64,000 nucleotides of DNA from Isurus oxyrinchus (lineage: Eukaryota), in NCBI GenBank assembly GCA_026770705.1, contig JANJGN010000150.1, positions 372,001 to 436,000 on the forward strand. Direction: 5' to 3'. A program made the translations under genes and the position numbers. The notes under the pieces were generated by a model. That model was not told the origin of the DNA, did not search any database, and saw nothing but the letters and a program-made list of their open reading frames with translations. Of this stretch, positions 48,201 through 61,198 are shown in pieces (the stretch's first letter is position 1; every line of letters starts with the position of its first letter).

Positions 48201-51200
48201 TTAAACAGTCTGTCGACTTCCTTTCACTGTTTGTCTCTCCCAGACACAGACTCCAGCGATAGTGATAACCACAGCCACAAGGAATATCACAGCTCGTATT
48301 CCCAGGATCAGGATCACGTGCAGAATCTCTCCTCCACTGTCTAGAGAACACACAGAAAGAAATCATCACTGACTCTCCGCTTTCAATCTCTCACTCTGGC
48401 TGAACAATCAAGCTTCATATCACTGCAACATTTGCTGTAATATTGACCCATCCACTGGGATTCAATGTGGAATGAATGTTTTCATTGTAAACACTCTAAG
48501 AGTGGACAATCGGAACTTTCCCCTTAGCGTGGAACATTGGTGAGAATGGATCATTGTGCTGTTGGACTCCCTGTCCAATGTTTCTCTCCATCGCTGTGTA
48601 CAGGATTGTGCTGTAGAAAATTCTGGAAACGTTTAGTGCAGGGTGGAAATCCATCTCGGACGCGTCTGCGAATCGGACAGGATCGAGATGGACTTCCTCA
48701 CGGACTTACACCCCCCGCTTAATAAACAGTTCCAATCTTTACCCAGAGAGAGGGGAGAATGTGGAACTCGCTCCCACTGGGAGTGGTTGAGGTGAACAGT
48801 ATCGATGTATTTAAGGGGCAGGAGGCTCGGTAACCAGAGGGACACAGATTGACGAACCGGAGGGGGAGATGAGGAGAATTTGTTTTGACAGAGCGAGTTG
48901 TTGTGATCTGGAAGATTCTGCCTGAAAGGGCGGTGGAAGCAGATTCAACAGGAACTTTCAAAAGGGAAATTGGATAAACACTTGAAGGAAGAAGATGGCG
49001 GCAAAGTGGAGTGGTGGTTAGTGGATCTGATTGGATAGAACATTGAAAGATCTGGCACAGGCACAATGGGCTGAATGGCCTCCTCCTGTGCTGTATCATT
49101 CTCCACTTCCATGATCTCTCCCCCAGTTAGTAACCACTCCAGATCCCTCTTGAAGGCAACAGAGAGACAGCAACCACCACACCCACTGACAGCACATTCC
49201 CGAGGATCCCTACTCTCTGGGAAAAGATGAACTCCCCAACATCCAGCCTATTCCTGCTTCCTGGAGAGTGTAAACCCTTCCCAGAGCGTGGATGAACCTT
49301 TCAATAAACTGTATTATCAAATCTACTGTTTGATATATAAGTTAATTTCGATGAACTTACAGCATGTGTAGCAAATTGTGAAGTGAAGTTGGCTGAAAAG
49401 CAGGGAGGTGCAAGCTTAAGCACCACAGTGCCACCACTGGTGGGAGGACGTAAAGACAGTGTGACGTTTACATAGGATGCCCCCATTATAAACAGGGTCA
49501 TTGGACATGATGGCAAAACTGAACACTGGAAAGGTGAGAAAATGAAGTAAGCTCTTCACTAACAGGAAATCCCTTCCTAAACTTCCTTATTTCTCCCTTT
49601 CTCTCAGATACACAAAAAATTTGACACAGGGCATTATAAGGAGGAGTTAGGACAGGCAAGAGTTAGGGAATAGGAAGCTTCTTAAAGGAGGAGAGAGATA
49701 CATGGAGAGGTGGGGAGTATCAGTTGGAATCTTTGTGCATGTGAGTTTCTGGAATAGACTTCGTAATTTGGATATTCTTCGATAAATATGAATGGGAACA
49801 CATATCCCAGAATCCAGGAGAACTCTCCAGTGCAGTACTGGGGGAGGTCAGGTAACTCACAGGGAAGTGTGTACTACTGTGTTAGTGTGTGAGTGTGTCT
49901 TTCTGTGTGCTCATGAGTGTGGGATTGTGTGTGTGCATGCACTTTGGGTCTGTACATTTGTGAGTGCTTGTGTGTGTGTGTGTGGGAGTGCATCTGAGTA
50001 TATGTGTTCGGAGATGAGAGAAATATTAAAGTCTGTGTAACTCACATTCCACAGTAATGGTTATGAACCCCTCCACTGCTCCATGTTCATTCTCTGCCAC
50101 ACACTGATATTCTCCAGTATCCCTGGATGTAACGTGAGGAATCACCAACCACAGCTCATTGTTGGAACTTGTTCTGTTCATTGGGACATTAAGATGTCGC
50201 CACATCAGGTTAGAAGCTGGGAAGCTCTCGACAGAGCAGATTATCTCTGCAGAATTCCCCTCAATTATATTGATCGATGAAGCGTTAATCATATCTGGAG
50301 AAGTAATTGAGAGATTCCGTGGTGCGTCTAAAAACAAATACAGATCAGTTAACTTACACTGACTGTGAAGCACTTTGAAAGACACTGAGAATGTGAAAGG
50401 TGTGATGTCAATGTAGGTTCTTTCACCACATAGCCCGTAATCCAGGCAGACACTTCAGTTCAGTATTGAGGGCGTGCTGCACTGTCAGAGGGTCAGTACT
50501 GAGGGAGTGCTGCACTGCCAGAGGTTCAGTACTGAGGGAGTGCTGCACTGTCAGAGGGTCAGTCCTGAGGGAGTGCTGCACTGTAGGAGGGACAGTACTG
50601 TGGGAGCGCTGCACTGTAGGAGGGTTACTGCTGAGATAAAACTGCACAGTCAGAGCGTCAGTTCTGATTGACCAGTGCAATGTTGGAGGAGCACTACTGA
50701 GGGATCATTACACTATTAGAGAGACAGTAATGAGGGAGTGCTGCACTGTAGAAGGGTCAGTGCTGAGGAGGCAAACATGCTGTTATGTGTGTACTATAGG
50801 CCTCCTGTGATAATGTGGAGTGCCAGGTACCTTTAAGAGAATACAAGTGGATAAACCATGTGACAGTACTGACCAATCACTGGACAGTGTGGGCCACTGG
50901 TTAACTGTAAGTCTGGAGCTGGAGGTGGTTGTGGGAGCAGGCAAGGATTTAGTGCTCTGCCCTCTGTTACAATAAATAATCAGCTTGTTCTAATGTCGGT
51001 CTCTCTTGGTTATTGATAGCGAGCATCAGCTAAGAATAACTCAACAGGTCTGGCAGCATCGGGGGAGAAGAAAAGAGTTGATGTTTCGAGTCCTCATGAC
51101 CCTTCGACAGAACTGAGGTCATGAGGACTCGAACCGTCAACACTTTTCTTCTCCGCCGATGCTGCCAGACCTGCTGAGTTTTTCCAGGTAATTCTGTTTT

Positions 51201-54200
51201 TGTTTTGGATTTCCAGCATCCGCAGTTTTTTTGTTTTTATCAACTAACAAGTGTATATGAAGGAATGCAATTCGAGTTTACTCAACCAGTGAACTCATAG
51301 ACTCAAGATATAAAACCAACAAACAGTCAGGGAGAGATGGACAATCCAACATGTGATCACATTTCAGAGATGTGTAAGAATAATAAAGCAGTAATACTCA
51401 GGGATTTTAACTACCCAAATATTAACTGGGACAGCTTTAGTGAGCAAGGTAGGGAGGGAGAAAAATTCTGAAGTTGCATCCAGGAGAAGATTTTTAGTCT
51501 GTGCATAGAAAGCTCAACAAGGGAGGGGACAGTTCTGGACCTAATATATGGAAAAGCGCCGGGGAAGTTGGAAAGCGTATCAGTAGGGGAGATGGTGACT
51601 GTAACTCAATTGGATTTAGGATAGTTATGGAGAAGGATAAGTTTGTGCTGGGAATAAAAATTCTAAACTGGGGAAAGGCTAATTTTACTAAGATGAGATA
51701 TGATTTGGCCCAAGTGGACTGGGAGAAGCTCTTTGCAGATAAAACTGTGTCAGAGCAGTGGGAGGCATTCAAGGAGGGAATAGCGAGAGTACAGAGCAGA
51801 TATCTTCCTGTAAAGACAAAGAGGGAGACCAAGTCTGGAGAACCCTGGAAGACAAGGAACATAAAGGTTAGGATTGAGAAAAAAGAGAAGCTTATGGCAG
51901 ATACTGAGGGCTCAATACAGCAGAGTCCCTAGAGGAGTATAAATAGTGCAGAGGGGAACTGAAAAAGGACATTAGGAAAGATAAGAGAGTGCATGAGAAA
52001 GCACTGGTGTGTAGAATAAAGCAAAACCCAGAGGGATTTTTTAAATATGTAAAGAGCAGCAGAATAACTCGGGAAAGAGTGGGGCTGATTAGGGACCATC
52101 GAGGTAATGTGTGTGTGGACCTGGAAGACGTGGGTACAGTCCTCAATGAATACTTTGCATCAGTCTTCACTATGGAAAAGGATGATGCAGGTATAACATC
52201 AGGGTGGAGGACAGTGAAATATGAGAGGAAATTAACACAGAGAGAGGAGGTACTAGTGGGTTTAGCGGCCTGAAAAGTGGATAAATCCACAAGTCCGAAT
52301 GAGATGAATCCAAAGCTGTTGAGGGAGGAAAGGGAAGAGATATCAGGGGCCCTGGCAGTAATTTTCAAATCCTCTCTGGCCACAGGTGACGTGCCAGAGG
52401 ACTGGAGGATGGCTAATGTTGTCCCATTATTAAAAAAGGGAGGAAGGGATAGATCAGGAAATTACAGGCCAGTCAGTCTAACCTCGGTGGTGGGGAAGTT
52501 ACTAGGAAGAATTCTGAAGGACAGAATGAATCTGCACTGGGAGAGACAAGGATTAATCTGGGATATTCAGCTGGATTTGTTAAGGGAAGGTCATGTTTGA
52601 CAAACCTGATCAAATCTTTTGAGGAGGTAACCAGGAGTGTTGATGAGAGTAATGCCTTTGATGTGGTCGACATGGGCTGAGGAAGGCTTTTGATAAGGTG
52701 CCTCTTGGCAGAGAGGCCAAGAAAGTAAGAGCCCATGGGATCCAAGGCAAAGTGGCACGTTGGATCCAATATTGGCTGAGGCAGGAAGCAGAGGGTGATG
52801 GTGGAGGGATGTTTCTGTGACTGGATGTCTGTTTCCAGTGGGGTTCCACAGGGCTCAGTGCTGGGGCACTTGCTGTTTGTGGTGTATATAAATGAATTGG
52901 ACGTAAATATAGGGGGGATGATCACGACGCAAATGGACTTCAACCTGGAAAAGTGTGAGGTGATGCACTTAGGGAGGGAGTTGCTGACCAGAATGGACAT
53001 GATGGGCTAAATGGCCTCCTTCTGTCCTGTAAGTGTCTATGAGTCTATGAGTCCAAGATGCACTGTCGGAGAGTCAGTAGTAAGGATGTACTGCCTGTCA
53101 GGGCTCACTTTTACCAGTTAAACACCAATGGTTTGTTTATAAACAAAGTGCAGGATGTGGGAGCTTGCTGTGCACATTTGATACTATTCCAGCTAATGTA
53201 GAATGAAGGGTGTTTGTACTTACGTAGCACAGTTAGTACGAGGGTCCGCTCCGATGAAACAGATGGATATCTCACTCTGCAGCTGAGAGTGTGTCCGTGG
53301 TGTTTGAGTGATGGGATCAGGGTCAGAACAGAAGTATAGGTCAGAGTGACACCATGCTGAGTTACAGTGTTTGAGACTGATCCAGGTACGTCAGTGGGAG
53401 TGTCCCAGGTTAAGACAGGTGCTGCTGTTCCATTGCACGTTGTGTTGAAGGTGCAGCTTACATCCACACGCTTTCCTGCAATAATTTCAGCAGGGAATAT
53501 CGTGGGTTTATCTGTGAAATCTAACAGACAGAGAATGGATCCTTTTAGAGAAATATAATGTGAAGCATCAGTTCAAATAGAAACCACAGTCCCACAAGAG
53601 AAAGCACTTTTACAAGGATGATATCAGAACTGAGAGGTTACAATGATCATTAAAGAATTGTCTATTTTTACACTTGTTGAATCTCTGTCACTCAGATTAA
53701 TACACTCTCACTCAGTGACCCTTGATTTGACCAGACTGGGTGAGGGTGGAGGAACAGCTCACAGCTCGGGGAGAACAGACTCAGCATTTGGAAAAGGATA
53801 TCGAGACACTGGAGAGGGTGGTAAAAAGCTTCACAAGGATGATCTCAGCAATGTGAGGCTTTACCTATCAGGAGAGGATGTACAGGCTGGGTCTCTGTTC
53901 TCTTGAACAGAGAAGGTTGAGGGGTGACCTCATTTGACCTTTGAAGTAATGAAAGGTTTTGATCGAGTAGACATGGAGAGAGTGTTTCCACTCCTCACAA
54001 TGAACAAAACCAGAGGCTGACAATATAACATCCTCACTAATAAATCCAATGGGGAATTCAGGAGGAACTTCTTTACCCAGAGAGTGGGGAGAATGTGTGC
54101 TTCAAGAATCACTTCATTGGCTGTGAATCAGTTTAGGATCGTCCTGAGGTGGTGAAAGGCGCTATGGAAATGTGAGACTTGCTTTTGTATTTTGAAAGCA

Positions 54201-56166
54201 GGTTTCCAAGATTGAGATGGGAACTGAGAGGTAACAACAATCAGCAGCAACTTTCCTATTTTCAAACTTGGTGGGGAATGTGTCACTGAGCTGAATACAC
54301 TTTCACTCCCAGACCCTTGAATTGCCAACACTGGGGTGTGGGTGATGGAGCAGTCCACAGCTCATGGAACCCTGGCTCATCATTCTCTCAGAGATCTGGG
54401 TCACTGATCCCATTGCTCTCTGTGGGAGCTTCCTGTGAACAAACTCACTGCCACGTTAGACAGTGACTATACTTCAAGAATTTCTTCATTGTCTGTGAAA
54501 TGATTTGAAGTTTGCTGAGGTGGTGTAAGGCGCTATAGGAATGCACATCCTTCTTTTGTCAAATTGTTAGACATTTAAAAAGCATTAGGTAGACTGATGG
54601 GAGTGGATAACCTGATAACATTGATGGACACAGTCAATACATTTAATCATTGATATTAAAGTGAGTATTAGAGGTTGCTTAAGGACTGAACTGGAAGCTA
54701 TTAGCAGGTTATTGAGAATCAGACAGTGTGTTATAATAAACTGTGTTTTGTGTTAATATGTAAACGTCACAGTTTGTGTTATTTCCCATTGAGTGTTGGA
54801 TGTGAATTGTTGAGTAATTATAACACAGCACTTACCAGAAATGTGAAACTGGGTTACAGGATAGTAGTTGTAGTTATTTGTACTTCCAAATTCTATTCTG
54901 AAAAAATAAGGTCCTGCATCTTCCCATCTGATGTTGTTTATAATCAGGGAACGGTCGCCATCTTTCAGGTCTCCAGACAGCCGGGTCCGATGGTGGAACC
55001 GTGGTAACTCGTGACTGTGATCCTTGGAGTGAAAGGCAAAGGGATTGTCGAATTTGTGTTTCTCGTTATTAAACCAGATTCCGACTCGTGGTTGGCTTTC
55101 CAAATGTGCTGGATAACTGTAATGACATGGAATCTGTACACACGAACCTTCCTGCGCTGTCACTTCTCGTGGAGTGTCACCTTTCCACTCTTGTGACAGT
55201 CCAACTGGGGAGAGAAATATCTCTATTTAATTCTGGATCCTCAATGTCAACTGAATCTTCATTGTCACTTCATTGTCTAAGGAATCTCTTTGGATCCTCA
55301 ATGTCTAAGGGATTATTTCTGATCCAAACCCCATATTGTTGTATTGTTGATTCCAATGCAGCATTGTAGACTGACTTGTCCCCAAGCTCAGCACTGACCC
55401 TACTCCAGCAGACACTGTGAAACACACTAACAAAGCGCCTCTAGCCTGAGCTCTGCATGTGTCGAGAGAAAGACAAATATACAAACTGAATATTGACACC
55501 TTTACACACAGACAGCTTTACCTTCCTTCTCTCTTTCAGTTATCTTGCTCCCTTATTGAAGTTTCTAGCAAGGTGAGAATGGACAGGAAGTGGGACACTG
55601 AACAGCCTGTCTATTCTAGGAGCTGCTGTGTTGACTTCATGGGAAATTCTGACTAAAATCAGCAAAAGACACTAATTTCAGGCCATTGCTGTCAGAGTCT
55701 CAGCATCAAGATAGACTTCATCCCCTGAATTTTGTGTTTGATTTTCTACTCAAACTTTCACCTCCCCAAACCTCCACCCCGACCCCACAAGTCACTCGCT
55801 GACCTACACTGGCTCCCAGTCCAACAATGCCTCGATGTGATTATTTTCACACTTGATTTCCAATCCCTCCATCACTCCGCTCCACTTCCTATCTCTGTAA
55901 CCCCCTCCAAACCTACAACCCTCTGAGATCTCTGCACTCCTCCAATTCTGCTGTCAGACAGGGAGTCAGTGTATATCAGTGAGCACAGGGGTGATGGGTG
56001 AATGGGACTTGGTGTGAGTTTGTACACTGGCTCACTGCTGAATCAGTTCCCTATCACAGCTCAATAAGAATGGTCTTTTACAAAGACTATTAACCATAAA
56101 TCTGTCCAAGCTGACGATGATATTACCTTGGAGAAGTGACAGGAGGAAGTAAGATTTCCCGATCAT
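48201..56166 (-). CDS. Intact activating-type Siglec-like receptor (copy A), 375 aa: SP 56166-56127, V 55204-54836, C2 53520-53224, C2 50327-50046, TM/tail 48340-48201
   Basis: Five exons (40+369+297+282+140 = 1128 nt), all GT-AG and phase 1, one open frame to TAA; V-set keeps YFFR Arg; TM ILHVILILGIRAVIFLVAVVITIAGVCVW; tail without Tyr; AATAAA on minus at 47220-47215. Confidence 0.88.
50460..50770 (+). repeat. 33-bp minisatellite
   Basis: Tandem STEGVLHCQRV-encoding units. Confidence 0.88.
51037..51240 (-). mobile_element. Penelope-derived palindromic element
   Basis: Two inverted arms of CAGGTCTGGCAGCATCGG..GTTTCGAGTCCTCATGACC; same family as 16209-16357. Confidence 0.75.
51350..53053 (+). 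mobile_element. CR1 LINE ORF2 fragment (internally deleted) in intron of copy A
   Basis: LNWGKANF, WEAFK, WRMANVVPLLKKGGRD..NYRPVSLTSVVGKLL, SGVPQGSVLG; (CTATGAGT)n tail. Confidence 0.9.
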
Positions 56167-56610
56167 CGTCCACTCTCAGGTATTTCATTCGCTCTCAAGC
56201 TGTGAAAGAGAAAGGAGTTAATGAGACCTCACCTCTTGTCCGACAGCTCTCGAGAGATCAGAACTGCTTTTAGACAATGTCTTCACAGACCTAATTTGAC
56301 TCTCTGTGGGATGATAGGTGCTCTGTAGAGAGTTACAAGGCATTAAGGAAGAAAAACAACGATGAACTTGCATTTCTATAGCACCTTTCACCACCTCAGG
56401 ATGTCCCAAAGCTCATGTCCCTGCACTTCCCTCATCCCTTGAGCTAGAAAGATGTTCTGTACAACAGACTTGAGCCTCACACCCAGATCTCAATAATCAG
56501 TAGAAATCTTTCAAAGGCATCAATCATTGGAATCTGTCCTTATAAAGTCACAACATCAACAAAGGACGGTGTTGGTGGTGGAAGTGAATTCCAATCGTTC
56601 CGTTACTTAC

Positions 56611-56755
56611 CCAGTACCTGTCCGACTGCTCGCCTGGGGAGGAACTGCCCACACGCTCTGCTTGGGCTGAATGACCTCTTCCTGTGCTGCTCCCTCTGTG
56701 TATTTAATTAGAAAGGGTTGATGTGTCTCTGTGAGACAAAATGAGGAAGTCAGAT
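56611..56755 (-). promoter_or_regulatory. Promoter and non-coding exon 1, copy A
   Basis: Donor TGG|GTAAGT at 56610; TTAAATA at 56707-56701; PU.1-like GAGGAAGT at 56743-56750. Confidence 0.6.
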
Positions 56756-56979
56756 CAAAGTGACAGAGCAGCTGATGTTTAGAGTTTTTTGAAGCTGTTA
56801 ACCCTTTGCGTTCTGGACTTGTGATGATATTTCTGCTCAAAAGTGGAAAGTCATTGACCAGGAATTTCTCCTGTGGGTCACTGGGTTTCGAACCCTCTCT
56901 CGCTCTCTGAGTGGATGGTCACCTGTTCGAGATTCATTTGGCAAAATTCAGGCTGGCAAAGCAGATCAGCACTCAGTGT

Positions 56980-57685
56980 CAGGACTGAGAGTCCTGCACA
57001 ATCGGAGGGTCAGTACTGAGAGAGAGCTGCACTGTTGGAGGGTGAGTATTGAGGGAGTGCTGCATAGTCAGAGGGTCAGTACTGAGGGAGTGCTGCAAGG
57101 TCAGAGGGTCAGTGCTAAGAGAGAGCTGCACTGTCAGAGGGTCAGTACAGAGGGACTGCTGCACAATTGGAGCGTCAGTACTGAGGGAGTGCTGCACTGT
57201 CAGAGGGTCAGTACTGAGGGAGTACTGCACTGTTGGAGGGTCAGTACTGAGGGAGTGTTGCACTGTGAGAGGGTCAGTACAGAGGTAGAGCTGCACTGTC
57301 AGAGGGTCAGTACTGAGGGAGTGCTGCACTGTCAGAGGGTCAGTACTGAGACAGAGCTGCACTGTCAGATGGGCAGTACTGAGGGAGTGTTGCACTGTGG
57401 GAGGGTCAGTACTGAGAGAGTGCTGCACAGTCGGAGGGTCACTACTGAGGGAGTGCTGCACAATCGGAGGGTCAGTACTGAGGGAGTGCTGCACTGTCGG
57501 AGGGTCAGTACTGAGGGAGAGCTGCACTTTCGGAGGGTCAGTACTGAGGGAATGCTGCACTGTTGGAGGGTCAGTACCGAGGGAATGCTGCACCATCGGA
57601 GTGTCAGTACTGAGGGAGTGCTGCACTGCTGGAGGGTCAGTACCGAGGGACTGCTGCACTGTCACAGGTTCAGTACCGAGGGAAT
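56980..57685 (+). repeat. 33-bp minisatellite, ~21 copies
   Basis: Tandem units; source of the 237/242-aa pseudo-ORFs. Confidence 0.93.
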
Positions 57686-57749
57686 GTAAACCGAACCCAT
57701 TGGTCAACTAAAATAGTGACAAGGGTTGAATAAACTGGTGATGAGGTGA

Positions 57750-60360
57750 AAAACAAGGAAGAAAAAGCAAGGAATGAAAGCAAGCAAATTGAAATCTGGC
57801 CGTGCCTCGCACAGTGATTATAAATATAATTTCCATCCTAATAACCGAAGCAGTCCCCTCGAAGAATGCTGCAGTTTGGAAGAGTTGATCCTTTCGACCC
57901 AACGGTGGGCGATTGGTCTCATTATGGTGAACTTCTCGCGTTCTTTTTCCAAGTGAAAGACATTGATGGGGAGGAGAAGAGGCGAGCGACCCTCTTATCC
58001 ACGTGTGGGAGTAAGATTTAGGGATTGATGCGAACTTTAATGCCACCCGGTGCCATGGATTCAAAAAGTTTAGATGATATAGTGAACCTTGTGAAGATTC
58101 CTTCCCAGCCCCAGCCCTCGGTAACGATGCAACGGTCCAAATTTAACTCAAGAAATAGAGTCCCAGGGGAGGTAGCTGCATGTTATGTGGAAATTCTGAA
58201 ACAGTTCACAGGACATTGTGAGTTTGGTAAATCTATAAATGATATGCTGAGAGATCGACTGGTGTGCAGTATAAATGAAGATGCGATTCAGAAGAGATTA
58301 CTGTCTGAAACAGAACTGGATATTCAGAAGGCGCTGGGAATAGTGCTGGCTAAGGAAAGAGCAGTGAGGGACTCGAAAAACATATGGTGAGTGCAAAATG
58401 TCACCGTCCTCATGTTGGGTGAGGAGCCTCAGCCAAGAAGTGCGGGAAAATGTACAGCTCTGATGAGAAACGGGAAACCTCCACCACTAGCAGCAAATAA
58501 AAAGGAATGACTTATCAGAGGAAACATGGAATAATGTGAACGGAGGTGAAGCAGACAACCTCGTAGTGAATGGAACTTTAAAAAAATCAATTGTTTTTAC
58601 TGTCATCGAAACAGAGAGCCCATGAGAGATTGCAAGGATAGAATCAGGCAGAGTTTCAACCAAGAGAGAAAACCCTGTGAGATCCATAACATAGAAGAGC
58701 CTGAAGTAACAGATTCAGATAGTTATTCATTGTATAATTTAAAGGTAGGAAGAACAGAGCCAATCTATGTAACAGTGAGGGTGAATGATAGAGCTCTCAG
58801 AATGGGGGTGGACACAGGAGCTAACACTACGCTAATTGGTGAGCATACTTTCAAATACTGAAATCATGGGGAAAGTCAATTAAATTTGGAAGAAACAGAT
58901 GACTAATTGAAAACTCACACGGGAGAAGACATTCAAGCCAAAGACATAAGCAGGGTTGTTATACAGTATGGAACTCAATCAGTAAAATGACCCTTGATGA
59001 TGGGAGCTGGTGAGGGACCAAGCCTCCTTGGACGAAACTGGCTGAAAGATATTAAGCTGGATTGGTCTGAGATCTTCCAACTGAGAGCCAGTGGGCTACC
59101 TGAGCTACTACAAAAATACATCTCAGTTTTCCAAGATGAACTCGGGGAGATCCAGGGGCTGCAAGCAAAAATTCATGTGGATCCAGACTCTACCCCTCTG
59201 ATTTATGAAGGCACGACCAGTACCTTATGCAATGTGGGAAAAGGCAGATGCTGAATTGGGCAGGTTCTAGAAACTGGGAGTGATACAATCTGTGCTGTCC
59301 TCAGAATGGGCAGCACCAATAGTCCCTGTACCTGAGCCTGGCCAAAGTGTTTGTGGAGATGACAAGAATTGACTGGAACGGCCTACACGGAGCTGATATG
59401 AGCCATGCTTATCAACAATTGGAGTTCGAGAAGGCCTCCCAGAAGTTTGTCACAATTAATACACACAAAGGGTTGTATCAATAAACCGGTTTGCCTTTCA
59501 GAGTCTCCTCTGCAGGATCACAGAGTCTTAATGGCACAGCAGGAGGCCATTCAGCCCATCGCGTCTGTCCCAGCTCTCCAAATGAGCATCATGACCTAGT
59601 GTCATTGCCCTGCCTTTCCCCATGCCCCTGCACCTTTTCTCTATCCAAATAATCATCTAATGCCCTCCTGAATGCCTCGATTGAACCTGCCTCCACAACA
59701 CTTCCAGGCCGTGCATTCCAGGCCCAAAACTTAGTTGTGTGAAAAAGTTTTTTCTCACGTCACATTTGCAACATCAGTCATGCTAAATGTCAGCGGGAAG
59801 GTGGAAAGGAGGCCAGGAAGACAGGAAACTGGACATGACTGGCATAGCCATGACAGGAAGCTGACCGTAGGAGAGACGGTATATGTGAAGGATTTTAGGA
59901 GGGGCCAAAGTGGTCACCGGGTGAAATAAATGCAGCGATTGGAACTCTTTCTCACCATGTGAAAGTGGAAGACCGAGTCATATGGAGACATGTGGGTCAT
60001 ATAAGGAGGAGAGAAACAAAGTACCAAGAAACATTCCCACCAGTCTTCACGGCTGCGTCTATGTCTCCTGTTGAAAGAACTCAGCTGAGAACAGATGTGT
60101 CTGAAGGGCCCGTTGTACCTGCAAGAGTTGAGGAAACAGGTTTGCAGGTGTCCACCGAAGAAGCTGGTGTTGGGACAACATCAGAAAAGGAGACTCCTGA
60201 CAAAGTATCTGAAGCTGTGGATCTGAGACGTTCCAGACGCATAAGGAAACCCCCCAGAAAGACTGAATTTGTAAATTACTGATCTCTGTAAATCATCTGA
60301 TACTTTGAGAAAATGGTAAAAGTAAGTGTAAAATGTATTTCTGAGTAAAGGGGGAGGGTG
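57750..60360 (+). mobile_element. Ty3/Gypsy retrotransposon (gag-pro-RT remnant-IN tail), decayed, with nested CR1 piece ~59520-59770
   Basis: QRSKFNSRNR..GE, INDMLRDRLVCSIN, protease MGVDTGA, GPSLLGRNWL, W.APIVPV, WRHV.HIRRR, LRRSRRIRKPP, purine tract AAAGGGGGAGGG ~60347. Confidence 0.88.
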
Positions 60361-61198
60361 GTGGTAATCTGATGTGTGATGTACCTTTAAGAAGAAGGTT
60401 ACAATGGAAGATAACATGAGCTCAGTGTTGTGGTGTGTTCTCAGAATCAACCTCAGGCCTGGCTAAAAACAGAACTCTACCCATTACCGGGAAACCATCT
60501 TTTTTGTTCACAGAGTTAGTCACGTACACATTGGGTTATTTAAATTCAAATCTTGTCAGTACATAATCACATAATAAGCATATGTTCCCAGTCCCAGGTA
60601 CATATCTGCTCCTTACCCAAGCAAGAGCTGTTTATCTCGTTCTAGCCTGGTGCTGTTTGCCTTTACCTTATCTGTTTACCCTCAGCATCTCTTTATGTCT
60701 CTTCTCGAGTTAATCCCTCGTGATCTTCAAGGCCTTTCTGGAGAGTTCTGCTGATGTCAGCCCCATGGTGCACAAGGTTCACCTGGAGAATTCTGCTGAC
60801 CTTTGGTTTTCACTAATAGAAGTCCCTGTTTAACTCTTATATCCGTGTCCAACAGCCGAGTGGCGCAGGTACCTCAGTAGTCGGTCACCTTTAGTTAGAG
60901 CCTGTAATGCGGAGACAGGGCTTGAGTTGAAAGCACACAAGTGTAGCTGCTGAGTTCCTTTGTAAATAAGCAGAATGTGTTTCATCTAAGAACTGTCTGC
61001 TGATCTACTCTGTCTATTGTACCTACTCAGCCTCTCCAAAACAAGCCTGGATCCATAAGTCCCAACAAACTCGTGACCAGCATCCAATAGTATCAATAAT
61101 TAATGTATGTATTGTGGGTGGAATTTTTGATTTGGATCAATAATACTAAACACTGATCACTCTGATTGTCACTCTGATCATTTCTGTTTCTATTACAG

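Noticed and set aside
27000-55204. Multiple V exons as RAG-rearranging Ig/TCR/IgNAR gene segments
   Set aside because: Each V is a complete exon through the G strand with a normal splice donor, has the Siglec rather than antigen-receptor cysteine pattern, and I found no CACAGTG/ACAAAAACC RSS, D or J segments.
48201-56166. Naming the Siglec-like genes MAG, CD22 or SIGLEC14/15
   Set aside because: Domain number and tail do not match MAG (5 Ig) or CD22 (7 Ig), and orthology to SIGLEC14/15 cannot be shown without a phylogeny.
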